This document shows positions 26,839 through 35,813 of a stretch of DNA of 64,000 nucleotides, one piece after another. Every line of letters starts with the position of its first letter. The first letter of the stretch is position 1. A program made the translations under genes and the position numbers. The DNA comes from Nitrospirota bacterium. GTDB lineage: Bacteria; UBA2233. The stretch spans positions 1 to 64,000 of the forward strand of contig WOZJ01000050.1 in the NCBI GenBank assembly GCA_011620345.1, in the 5' to 3' direction. The notes under the pieces are model-generated. The model was not told where the DNA came from. It saw only the letters and a list, made by a program, of their open reading frames with translations, and did no database searches.

Positions 26839-28512
26839 ATGGCGCAAGTTTTCTCGGAATATGCAGAGTGCTCCGTAAAAAGGCCTGACGATTATCCGCT
26901 TAAGGAGCTCGACAACGTCATTCAGGCGGATGCCGTCGTCATCGGCGGCGGCCCGAACGGACTGATTACGGCGGCCTATTTGGCCAAGGCCGGGGCTAAG
27001 GTTGTCTTGTGCGAGAAACGCTACGAGGTAGGCGGTGGTCTGGCCACGGAAGAGGTCATGTTTCCCTGTTTTTTCGCCAACACGCACGCTACCTACCACA
27101 TGATGGTGGACTACATGCCGCCCATCAGGGATTTTCAGATGGAAGAGCTTGGCCTTCGCTGGATTCGGCCAAACGCGCAGGCGGGGCTTGTGCTCAAGGA
27201 TGGGAGAGGCCTTCTGCTCTCCCACATGCTCGAAGACAGCTGCGACTCGATCCTGAAGTTCTCGAGGGACGACGCCGCCGCGTTTGGGAGGGTTCTCCCC
27301 GAGTTTCATCGGATGGTCGAAGAATTCCTGGCGCCTGCGACCTACTGGCCGCCTGTTCCCCCTGTTGACCTTGCCCAGGCGATGCAGGTTACGGAAGTTG
27401 GCAAGGAACTCGCAGAAATCTCCGAGATGAGCCCGCTCGAGGTGGTGGATCGCTACTTCGACGACAAGCACCTCAAGGCTTTGGTGACCTATATCACCTG
27501 TATGTGGGGGTTGAACCCCAACGAAGGGGGTATGGGTTTTATGGTACCCCTTCTTTTGGACCGAGGGCTGAGTAAGCGCCTCTGTTACGGGGGCTCGCAC
27601 AAGTTCTCCGGAACACTGAGCAAGCAGGTTTACATGAATGGGGGGCTCATCTTAGAGAATGCCGAGGTCACCAAAATTATCATCGAGAACGGCAGGGCTG
27701 TGGGCGTGCAAATGTACGACGGCAGGGAGGTGCGGGCCAAGGTGGTCGCTTCCAGCCTTGATCCCCAGACGAACTTTTTGAAACTGGTGGGCAAGGAGCA
27801 CTTGGACAAGGCGATGATAAGCAACGTGGAGGGGTGGAAGTGGGATAAGTGGAGCCTCTTCACCGTTCATTTGGCGCTTAACGAGCCCCCCAAGTACAGA
27901 ACGGACGACGCCATGATCAACGAGGCCTTCTTGAACGTCCTTGGGGCGGAGACCCAAGACGATGTGCTCGATTATTTTGATTCCGTCCTAGCCGGAAACC
28001 CCACGAACCTCGTGGGCCATGTGAGCTGTGAGACGCTCTACGACCCCACTTACGTGCGCGTGCCCGGCAACAAGCACACGGCCTTCTTCCAGACCCCCGC
28101 CCCCTACGACATCCAGGGCGGCTGGGAAAAGCGCCAAAAAGAGCTCACCAAACAAGCGCTAGAGGTCTGGAGAACCTACGCCCCGAACATAAGCGAGGAA
28201 AACATTATTATGGTGTCCTCCGAGACTCCCTTGGATATCGAGGCACGGATTGCCAACATGGTCCGCGGGTCCTTCAAGCACGGCGATTACAACCCCATAC
28301 AGATGGGGTACTTCAGGCCGAACGACATCTGCTCTGCCTCCAGGACCCCGATCGAGGGAATGTACCTCTGCGGCGCTTCCATGTACCCTGGTGGGCTGAT
28401 TATCGGAGGCCCCGGCTACATCGCGGCCAATACGATCGCTGAAGACATGGGGCTAAAGAAGTGGTGGAAAATTCCAGACAATATTAAAAAATACATCGAG
28501 ACGTACCTTTAA
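26839..28512 (+). CDS. COG1233 FAD oxidoreductase, beta-type subunit 1
   Basis: VIGGGPNGL, GGGLATEE, NTHATYHM, MVRGSFKHG..P.QMGYFRPN, RTPIEG.YLCGAS.YPGG. Confidence 0.9.
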   Translation: MAQVFSEYAECSVKRPDDYPLKELDNVIQADAVVIGGGPNGLITAAYLAKAGAKVVLCEKRYEVGGGLATEEVMFPCFFANTHATYHMMVDYMPPIRDFQMEELGLRWIRPNAQAGLVLKDGRGLLLSHMLEDSCDSILKFSRDDAAAFGRVLPEFHRMVEEFLAPATYWPPVPPVDLAQAMQVTEVGKELAEISEMSPLEVVDRYFDDKHLKALVTYITCMWGLNPNEGGMGFMVPLLLDRGLSKRLCYGGSHKFSGTLSKQVYMNGGLILENAEVTKIIIENGRAVGVQMYDGREVRAKVVASSLDPQTNFLKLVGKEHLDKAMISNVEGWKWDKWSLFTVHLALNEPPKYRTDDAMINEAFLNVLGAETQDDVLDYFDSVLAGNPTNLVGHVSCETLYDPTYVRVPGNKHTAFFQTPAPYDIQGGWEKRQKELTKQALEVWRTYAPNISEENIIMVSSETPLDIEARIANMVRGSFKHGDYNPIQMGYFRPNDICSASRTPIEGMYLCGASMYPGGLIIGGPGYIAANTIAEDMGLKKWWKIPDNIKKYIETYL

Positions 28513-28513
28513 G

Positions 28514-28613
28514 NNNNNNNNNNNNNNNNNNNNNNNNNNNNNNNNNNNNNNNNNNNNNNNNNNNNNNNNNNNNNNNNNNNNNNNNNNNNNNNNNNNNNNN
28601 NNNNNNNNNNNNN
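28514..28613. other. Scaffold gap (100 N)
   Basis: Run of N; the true size is unknown. Confidence 1.
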
Positions 28614-28632
28614 AATAAGGAGGTTAAATAGA

Positions 28633-29016
28633 ATGAAACTTTGGTCTAAAGGTTTAGGTCGAACCGAGCTCGAAATGGACTTCCGCTGCTACGAGGTCGT
28701 CGGCGAGAAGCGCTCGAATGGCAACGGCAGCTCGGGCGAGGGGATCGTTGGCGTGTACGGGACGATCACGACGCCCGTCAACTGGGACTTCCGCGTGGAG
28801 TTTGGACCTGAGGACGTTCCCGGCCTTATCCGAATCGCGCTCACCCCGCCGTTCTTGAAGATGATCTTTAGGAATTTCTTGCTCTACTTCTCGTTCCTTA
28901 AAAACCGGGACCAGTTCCGTCAAGGAAAAAGGGACGAGGTTCTCGCCAAGGTCAAGAAGACGCACGCGACGATGGTCATGGGGGTAAGGAATCGGAGAAG
29001 CGCTGTAGAAGCTTGA
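28633..29016 (+). CDS. Small hypothetical protein embedded in the flavoprotein operon
   Basis: Strong AAGGAGG RBS. MKLWSKGLGRTELEMDF...GTITTPVNWDF. Co-directional with the COG1233 genes. Confidence 0.8.
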   Translation: MKLWSKGLGRTELEMDFRCYEVVGEKRSNGNGSSGEGIVGVYGTITTPVNWDFRVEFGPEDVPGLIRIALTPPFLKMIFRNFLLYFSFLKNRDQFRQGKRDEVLAKVKKTHATMVMGVRNRRSAVEA

Positions 29017-29082
29017 GAACGGCCAGCCGGAAAACGGCTATCGAGAACGTATCTTTGGATTGAAGAAGCAAAGGAGAGTGGA

Positions 29083-30822
29083 ATGCCGGATTATGACGTG
29101 ATCGTGGTCGGGGGAGGGGGGGTCAACGGGCTAACGTGCGCCTCCTACCTAGGAAAGGCCGGACTAAAAGTACTTGCACTCGAAAGACGAGGACAGTGCG
29201 GGACGCACTGCGATACGCTGGAGCCTGGGATACCCGGCTTTTTGCACAACCTGCATGCAACGTGGATTGTGGCCGGAAATTCCTCGGCTATGGCGGATTT
29301 AGAGCTCGAGAAGCACGGGCTTGAGCTGCGAACGACGAACTACGCCTACGCCAAGACTTTCTTGGACAAAAAAAACGCCCTTCTTGGGTACTTTACGGAC
29401 GATACCATAGCGAACTGGGCAAAGCTATCCAAAAAGGATGCCGAGACATTCGAAAAAATGGTGAACGCCGTTTTTAAAGATATTCCGAGCGCTATCGAAG
29501 CGTTCCATGAGATGTCGGAAAGACCCCCTTCGTATGCATCCACCAAGAAGGCGAGCGACGCCCTTTTATCGAACGCACTCGGTTCTGTGGGTGTTCATTT
29601 GGGTTTTTCCGAAATTTGGCAGATGAACGGGTTTGAGCTGCTGAACCTGCTTTTCGAATCCGAACATGTTAAAACGATGCTCGCCTCCCTTGCCTGGATC
29701 GCCGGCTTCCCGCCCATTCATAGGGCTGTGGGTTCTTTTGCTGGAGCTGTCTCTGCCCTTTTTGGAGGCCCTTTGGTTGCGATCACGCAAGTCAAGGGGG
29801 GTTCGCATGGGTTGGCTCATGCTCTCGTAAAGTCTTGCGTGGCCAATGGGGTGGAGATCCGCACGTGCTGCCCGGTTAAAAAAATCCTTGTCGAAGACGG
29901 CAAAGCGGTAGGCGTGGAGCTCGAAGACTACGCCCTGTTCCCCTCCGAGAAAATCACGGCCAAGGCCGTCGTTAGCAATTGTACGGCCGTTCCCACGTTT
30001 ATTCACATGATCGGAGAAAATCATCTGCCTGAAGAAATCGCGGAGAGGATCAAGACGTTCGTTTATGACGAACAAGTCCTGTTTGGGGCCCATTACGCCA
30101 TTAAAGAACCTCCCGTATGGACATCGGCCGACTTTGATCCTGGCGTTCAGAGGGCATTTATGGGGTACATGGGCGGTGAAACGATGGAAGAGATGGAGGG
30201 TTATGCGGCAAGCCTCGTGAGTGGGCGTATTCACGATAAGGTGATTGCCAACTGGTTTGTTCCCACGCTTGCCGACCCCACGCAGGCGCCGGACGGCTGT
30301 CATACGATGTTCGTGTGGTTTGACGTCCCGCCATGCCCGGGATCATGGAAGAACAGAAGGCTGGAAGGGAACCTGGAAGTCTGGCACAAGATCAAGTATG
30401 AGATGATGGACGAAATTACGGAAGGTATCGAGCAGTTTGCGCCGGGATTCAAGAAGTCCATCATTGAGAGGTTCCCCTATACTTGCGCGGACGTCTTCAG
30501 GAACAACCCCTCGGCTATCAAGGGTTGTTGGGACGGAGGAAGCGCCATCCCCGATCAATTCTTTGCCAACCGGCCCGTTCCTGGGGTCATCAAGCCTTTA
30601 TCGGGATCTCGGACGTTCATTGACAACCTTTATCTTTCGAATTCAATCCACCTTCATGGAAACTCATCGCTTAGTTCTGGGTATATATGCGCTAGCGAAG
30701 TTGCAGAGGATTTCGGTGTTCGAAACAAAGACTGGTGGAAATCAAGGGCAGGCGAGTGGTATGTGGAGAACCTCTACAGGATCCCGAAGGACTTGGGCGT
30801 AAAAGACCAGTGGAAAGGCTAA
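29083..30822 (+). CDS. COG1233 FAD oxidoreductase, alpha-type subunit 2
   Basis: VVGGGGVNGL, NLHATW, GGSHGLAHAL, ILVEDGKAVGV, RTFIDNLYL. Confidence 0.9.
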   Translation: MPDYDVIVVGGGGVNGLTCASYLGKAGLKVLALERRGQCGTHCDTLEPGIPGFLHNLHATWIVAGNSSAMADLELEKHGLELRTTNYAYAKTFLDKKNALLGYFTDDTIANWAKLSKKDAETFEKMVNAVFKDIPSAIEAFHEMSERPPSYASTKKASDALLSNALGSVGVHLGFSEIWQMNGFELLNLLFESEHVKTMLASLAWIAGFPPIHRAVGSFAGAVSALFGGPLVAITQVKGGSHGLAHALVKSCVANGVEIRTCCPVKKILVEDGKAVGVELEDYALFPSEKITAKAVVSNCTAVPTFIHMIGENHLPEEIAERIKTFVYDEQVLFGAHYAIKEPPVWTSADFDPGVQRAFMGYMGGETMEEMEGYAASLVSGRIHDKVIANWFVPTLADPTQAPDGCHTMFVWFDVPPCPGSWKNRRLEGNLEVWHKIKYEMMDEITEGIEQFAPGFKKSIIERFPYTCADVFRNNPSAIKGCWDGGSAIPDQFFANRPVPGVIKPLSGSRTFIDNLYLSNSIHLHGNSSLSSGYICASEVAEDFGVRNKDWWKSRAGEWYVENLYRIPKDLGVKDQWKG

Positions 30823-30832
30823 GGGGGAAAGA

Positions 30833-32446
30833 ATGAGCGTTTGGCTGCAAGAAGGAAAAGTATACGACGCAATCGTCATAGGAGCTGGGATTAACGGTTT
30901 GACATGCGCGGCGTACCTGGCGAAGGCGGGGCTCAAGGTCGTCGTGCTGGAGTCTAGGCATGAAGCCGGGGGCGCGCTCGTCACGGAGGAGTTCTCGGGC
31001 TTTAAGTTCAACCTTCATGCGACTTACCACATGATGGCCGAATACATGCCCCTCTACCACGACTTTAACCTAAAGTCCTATGGGTTGAGATATGTGTTCC
31101 CGGAAGTCCAAACGGCCTTCCTTTACAAGAAAGAGAAGCCCCTTGTGTTCTACAGGGATCCAAAGAAAACGATAGAGTGTTTTAAGGCCGTCCTAGGGGA
31201 GGGCGAAGCCAAGAAATTCGAGCGGATGTACGAAGAATTCAAGCAGATGACGGAAAAGGTGCTAATCCCCCTTACATACGTTCCTCCCGTTCCTCCCGTC
31301 GACATGGTCCAGCTATTACAAGACTCCAAGGACCCGATGGTGAGGAAATTCAACGAGATTTCCGAAATGCGGCCGATCGACATCTTGGAGGAATACGGGC
31401 TTAGTTCTAGGGCCAAGGCGGCCGTCTTGAGCCTCATGACTTTATGGGGGGTTTCCCCCTTCGAGGCGCTGGGCTATCTTTTGCCCTTGTACGTCGTCAG
31501 GATGACGGATGCAGGGCTCTGTCTGGGCGGATCGCACAGGCTTTCATCGGCGCTTTGCAAGGCGCTGATCAAAGAGGGTGGGGAGATCTACGAGAAGGCC
31601 GAGGTGGTGAAAGTCTCAATGAGCGGGGGTCGGGTGGATGGCGTTCACCTCGAGGACGGAACCTTGGTAAAGGGTAATTGCATTATTTCAACGCTCGACC
31701 CAAAACAAAGCTTTCTCGATTTCTTCGAGGGGGGGCAAATCGATAATGTTCTCCAGGAAAACGCCAAGAATTGGAAGTGGGAAGAGCGGACGTTCTTCAC
31801 CGTCCATCTTGGCCTCAAGCAGGCCCCCGAATACACGTCAGCCCAAAAGAACCCCGACGTGAACCGGGCGCTTAGCTGCATCCTTGGAATAGAGGAGATC
31901 GATGAGTTGCTCGAAAACATCGAACGCATCGAGGGGGGCGCGCTGCCCGAAAAGATCGAGGCACGGGCTACTTGCACGACAGTGTTCGATCGCCTTCAGG
32001 GGCCGATCGGGTACCATACAGGCAGGTTTGAGACTACTGTACCCTTCGATATGGACTGGGAAAGTTTGAAGGACGGCTTCGCCGACAAGTGCCTTGAAAC
32101 CTGGAGGGCCTACGCCCCCAACATCGTCGACCCAGTGCATACCTATGCCTACCCCCCGACCTACATCGAAAAGAAGTTCAAGACGATGGTCCGGGGCTCT
32201 TTCAAGCATGGTTCCTACGAGCCCCTCCAGATGGGCTATTTCAGGCCAAACGATCTATGCTCCCAGGTAAGGACCCCGATCGATGGGTACTTCGTTTGCG
32301 GTTCTAGCGTGTACCCTGGCGGAATGATCCTTGCCGGCCCCGGTTATATAGGAGCTAACGTCGTTTGTGAAGAGCTTGGGGTGAAAAAGGCATGGGAAGA
32401 GCCAGCCATAATCAAAGAAGCCAGGAAGTCGGGGATTATCGAATAA
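30833..32446 (+). CDS. COG1233 FAD oxidoreductase, beta-type subunit 2
   Basis: VIGAGINGL, NLHATYHM, MVRGSFKHG..PLQMGYFRPN, RTPIDGYFVCGSSVYPGG. Confidence 0.9.
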   Translation: MSVWLQEGKVYDAIVIGAGINGLTCAAYLAKAGLKVVVLESRHEAGGALVTEEFSGFKFNLHATYHMMAEYMPLYHDFNLKSYGLRYVFPEVQTAFLYKKEKPLVFYRDPKKTIECFKAVLGEGEAKKFERMYEEFKQMTEKVLIPLTYVPPVPPVDMVQLLQDSKDPMVRKFNEISEMRPIDILEEYGLSSRAKAAVLSLMTLWGVSPFEALGYLLPLYVVRMTDAGLCLGGSHRLSSALCKALIKEGGEIYEKAEVVKVSMSGGRVDGVHLEDGTLVKGNCIISTLDPKQSFLDFFEGGQIDNVLQENAKNWKWEERTFFTVHLGLKQAPEYTSAQKNPDVNRALSCILGIEEIDELLENIERIEGGALPEKIEARATCTTVFDRLQGPIGYHTGRFETTVPFDMDWESLKDGFADKCLETWRAYAPNIVDPVHTYAYPPTYIEKKFKTMVRGSFKHGSYEPLQMGYFRPNDLCSQVRTPIDGYFVCGSSVYPGGMILAGPGYIGANVVCEELGVKKAWEEPAIIKEARKSGIIE

Positions 32447-32472
32447 CACGCTTAAAGGAGGGGTGATAGGGT

Positions 32473-33996
32473 ATGTTCTTACCCTCGGGTGTTTATGGGC
32501 TTTTTGTGGATGGGCAGTACATTGAGTCGGTTTCCGGCGAAACGTTCGATGTTATCGACCCCTCGATGGGTTTTGCCGTGGCCCAGGTGGCCAAGGGCGG
32601 TGCTGAGGACATCGATCGCGCCGTGAAGGCGGCGAGGAGCTCTTTCGAGTCGGGCGTTTGGAGCCGTGTCTCCCCCAAGGAACGGGCGAGCGTTTTGGAT
32701 AACATCGCCAAGAAGATCATGGAGTATGCCGAACAGATGGCCCTTTTGGAGGTTCAGAGCTCCGGGGCCACGATCCGGAGGGTGATGAGTTCTGACATCA
32801 TGCTGGTCGTAGACCTCTTCTTGCAGATGGCGAACTTTACGAGAGATTTCCCCCATAAGGAGCCCCTTGCGGCCATCCCTTTGCCTGGGCCGTCCCACAA
32901 CTTCGTCATCCGTGAACCGGTTGGGGTCTGCGGGGCGATCTCGCCATGGAACTTCCCGTTGATCTTGGGTTGCTGGAAGATTGCGCCCGGCCTTGCCATG
33001 GGCAATTCGATGGTCGTCAAGCCGGCCAGTTATACTCCCCTTTCCACTCTCTTAATGGGGCAGATCTGCAAAGAGGCTGGCCTACCGGATGGCGTTCTTA
33101 ACATCGTCCCGGGTCCAGGCTCGACGGCCGGTGAGACCCTGGCAAGCCATCCTGACGTTGATAAAATCGCGTTCACGGGCTCGACGGTCGTGGGCAGGAG
33201 GATCATGCAACTTGCCGCTGGCACGATCAAAAAGGTCACGCTGGAGCTCGGCGGAAAGTCCCCTAATATCATCCTGGAGGATGCCGATTTAGACATCGCC
33301 GTTCCGGGGTCTTGCTTTGCGTTCCTTCTGCACAACGGCCAGGTATGCGAGTCGGGTACGAGGCTGCTCGTCCCCCAAAAGCTCCACGACGAAGTCGTCG
33401 AACGGATGTGCCACGTGATAGGGAGGCTCAAGGTCGGCAATCCGTTGGACCTCGAAACCGACCTTGGTCCGGTCATCTCCGCCCAGCAGCTCGAAACCGT
33501 CCTTTCCTACATCGAGGCGGGCAAGCAAGACGGGGCTAAGCTCATGGTCGGCGGCAAGCGTATAAGGCCAGAAGGGTTTGAAGAGGGCTACTACGTGGAG
33601 CCCACTGTGTTCACGAACGTCAACAACGACATGAGGATCGCCAAGGAGGAGATCTTTGGGCCGGTCTTAAGCGTCATCCCTTACAAAGATTTGGACGACG
33701 CCTTGCGTATTGCCAACGACACGATCTACGGGCTTGCGGGCGGGGTATGGACGAAAGACCCCAAGAAGGGCCTCGAGGTGGCCAGGGCGATCAAGGCGGG
33801 GACGGTATGGATCAACGACTGGCACCTTTTGAGGAACGATGCGCCGTTTGGGGGCTACAAGCAAAGCGGCATCGGCAGAGAGCTCGGCCACTTTGGGCTT
33901 GAGGAGTACACCCAGGTCAAGCATATTCACCAATCGATGGTCCAGGACCGCCAAAGGCGCTTCTGGTACGACCGCATCGTAACGCTCAAAGAGTAG
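32473..33996 (+). CDS. NAD(P)-dependent aldehyde dehydrogenase
   Basis: PWNFP, FTGST, LELGGKSP, GQVC, EEIFGPV, GGYKQSGIGRE. Confidence 0.95.
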   Translation: MFLPSGVYGLFVDGQYIESVSGETFDVIDPSMGFAVAQVAKGGAEDIDRAVKAARSSFESGVWSRVSPKERASVLDNIAKKIMEYAEQMALLEVQSSGATIRRVMSSDIMLVVDLFLQMANFTRDFPHKEPLAAIPLPGPSHNFVIREPVGVCGAISPWNFPLILGCWKIAPGLAMGNSMVVKPASYTPLSTLLMGQICKEAGLPDGVLNIVPGPGSTAGETLASHPDVDKIAFTGSTVVGRRIMQLAAGTIKKVTLELGGKSPNIILEDADLDIAVPGSCFAFLLHNGQVCESGTRLLVPQKLHDEVVERMCHVIGRLKVGNPLDLETDLGPVISAQQLETVLSYIEAGKQDGAKLMVGGKRIRPEGFEEGYYVEPTVFTNVNNDMRIAKEEIFGPVLSVIPYKDLDDALRIANDTIYGLAGGVWTKDPKKGLEVARAIKAGTVWINDWHLLRNDAPFGGYKQSGIGRELGHFGLEEYTQVKHIHQSMVQDRQRRFWYDRIVTLKE

Positions 33997-34006
33997 GGGG
34001 TGTTCC

Positions 34007-35203
34007 ATGCCAACGACGATGTCCCAGTATTTCCTCAAAACGGCCATCTACCAAGGTTCGGGAACTATTGCCATGATTCCAGATATGCTCTCGAGCCTAG
34101 GGGCTAAAAGGGCCGTGCTGTACACGGACGAGGGGATTGTAGCCTCCGGGGTTCTGGATAAGGTAAAGACAATGTTCGAGCTTCCGGGGAAAGGCCTTGC
34201 CTGCGATCTTGCGGGGGTTTTTGATAAGGTCCCGCAAGATGCCGAAATGGCCTCCGTAAACGAAGGGGCGCGGTTTTTCCGTGAGCGCGCCGCCGATGCG
34301 CTCGTTGCGCTCGGTGGCGGGAGCGTCCTCGATTTTGCAAAGGGCGTCAAATACCTCCTCTATAAAGGGGAGGACGATATTAGGGCGCTCATGCCGGGCA
34401 ATATGGCGATCGTGACCTGGCCAAAGGCCGAGCCCATTCCCATCCCGCACGTCGCCATAAACACGACGGCCGGTACGGGGGCCGAGATCTCCCCGATCGC
34501 CGTGATCTACAACGCCGCAGATAAGGTCAAAGGGGTCTTGCTCCATCCGTTTCTCAACTCAGACGTGACCATCCTTGACCCCGATTTGACGACCGGGATG
34601 CCAAAGGAGTTTACAGCAGGAAGCGGTTTCGATGCACTCACCCATGCCATCGAAGGAATAGCAAGCCCTGGAGCCTTTGGAATTTCTGATGCCAACGGCT
34701 TTGAAGCCATCAAGACGATCAACAGAAGGCTCCCCGTGGTCCTCGAAGAACCGGGAAACGTCTCGGCGCGCAACGATATGCTGGGCGCCTCGGCGATGGC
34801 GATCATCTCGTTCTTTTACTCGGGCATGAGCCAGATTCCCGTACACAATTTTGCCCATGCCTTCGGGGGCAAGTACAGGGTTCCGCACGGGTATGCCAAT
34901 GGGGTGTTTTTAACGCATGTCATGGAGGCTATGCCCGAGCTTTACTTGCCGAAGGTCAAGGATTTGGCTAAGGCATTCGACCTCGAAGACCTAAAAAAAG
35001 AACCTGATGGCCTATTGAGTGATGTGATTTCAAGGATTCGGCAGCTTCAGAAGCTTGCCGGTATCCCCGAGGATTTGAAGAGTTACAACATACCAAAAAC
35101 CGCGCTGGATGACATGACCAAGGCCGTCATGATGGACCCCTCAGGGATCCTGTTCCCGATTCCGGAAGAGACCATAAGAAAAGTGATTCAGAGGGTCATC
35201 TAA
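34007..35203 (+). CDS. Iron-containing alcohol dehydrogenase
   Basis: GGGS.LD.AK, TTAGTGAE, DALTHAIE, HNFAH, HG.AN. Confidence 0.93.
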   Translation: MPTTMSQYFLKTAIYQGSGTIAMIPDMLSSLGAKRAVLYTDEGIVASGVLDKVKTMFELPGKGLACDLAGVFDKVPQDAEMASVNEGARFFRERAADALVALGGGSVLDFAKGVKYLLYKGEDDIRALMPGNMAIVTWPKAEPIPIPHVAINTTAGTGAEISPIAVIYNAADKVKGVLLHPFLNSDVTILDPDLTTGMPKEFTAGSGFDALTHAIEGIASPGAFGISDANGFEAIKTINRRLPVVLEEPGNVSARNDMLGASAMAIISFFYSGMSQIPVHNFAHAFGGKYRVPHGYANGVFLTHVMEAMPELYLPKVKDLAKAFDLEDLKKEPDGLLSDVISRIRQLQKLAGIPEDLKSYNIPKTALDDMTKAVMMDPSGILFPIPEETIRKVIQRVI

Positions 35204-35221
35204 CAAAACAAAGGAGAAGCT

Positions 35222-35614
35222 ATGAGAGTTTTAAGCGACGAGTGGGTTAAAGCGGCAATCGAATCCCTCAAAAACGATGCAGATTACCAAAAGAAGGCAA
35301 AGGGGTTCGATTCCACACTACAGTTCATTGTGACTGATGTTCCCGGAGAGGCATCAGAAAAAGTATTCGGAGCGAAGGCGCCACAGATTGATGAAGTTTG
35401 GATCGGACAAAGGCGTGAAGGGTGCGATTATACAATAAATGTTACCTACCCGATTCTTAAAGATCTCCTTGCAGGGAATCTCTCTGCCACAATGGCTCTG
35501 ATGCAGAAAAAAATCAAGATTGAGGGCAACATGTCGAAGGTCATGAAGTACGTCGGGGCCGTCAACCGCATGATCGATCTCATGAAAACCGTCCCGAGCG
35601 AGTGGCCGGCCTAA
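35222..35614 (+). CDS. SCP2 sterol/lipid-binding domain protein
   Basis: SDEW..A, L.G.L....ALMQKKIKIEGNM motif, 130 aa. Confidence 0.88.
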   Translation: MRVLSDEWVKAAIESLKNDADYQKKAKGFDSTLQFIVTDVPGEASEKVFGAKAPQIDEVWIGQRREGCDYTINVTYPILKDLLAGNLSATMALMQKKIKIEGNMSKVMKYVGAVNRMIDLMKTVPSEWPA

Positions 35615-35627
35615 AGAAGGAATTCTT

Positions 35628-35648
35628 GGCCCCCTTATCAAGGGGGCC
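35628..35648 (+). terminator. GC-rich hairpin after the SCP2 gene, probable terminator
   Basis: GGCCCCCTT-ATC-AAGGGGGCC followed by a short T run. Confidence 0.6.
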
Positions 35649-35711
35649 TTGACGTTGGGTTGATCCGGGCTGCGATGTCTTTTTGGTTTCAATAGACATT
35701 CTAGGATACCA

Positions 35712-35811
35712 NNNNNNNNNNNNNNNNNNNNNNNNNNNNNNNNNNNNNNNNNNNNNNNNNNNNNNNNNNNNNNNNNNNNNNNNNNNNNNNNNNNNNNNNN
35801 NNNNNNNNNNN
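35712..35811. other. Scaffold gap (100 N)
   Basis: Run of N. Confidence 1.
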
Positions 35812-35813
35812 AA

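Noticed and set aside
25086-32446. Carotenoid or hopanoid biosynthesis (crtI-like genes)
   Set aside because: There is no phytoene/squalene synthase, cyclase or prenyltransferase, and the context is uptake and oxidation.
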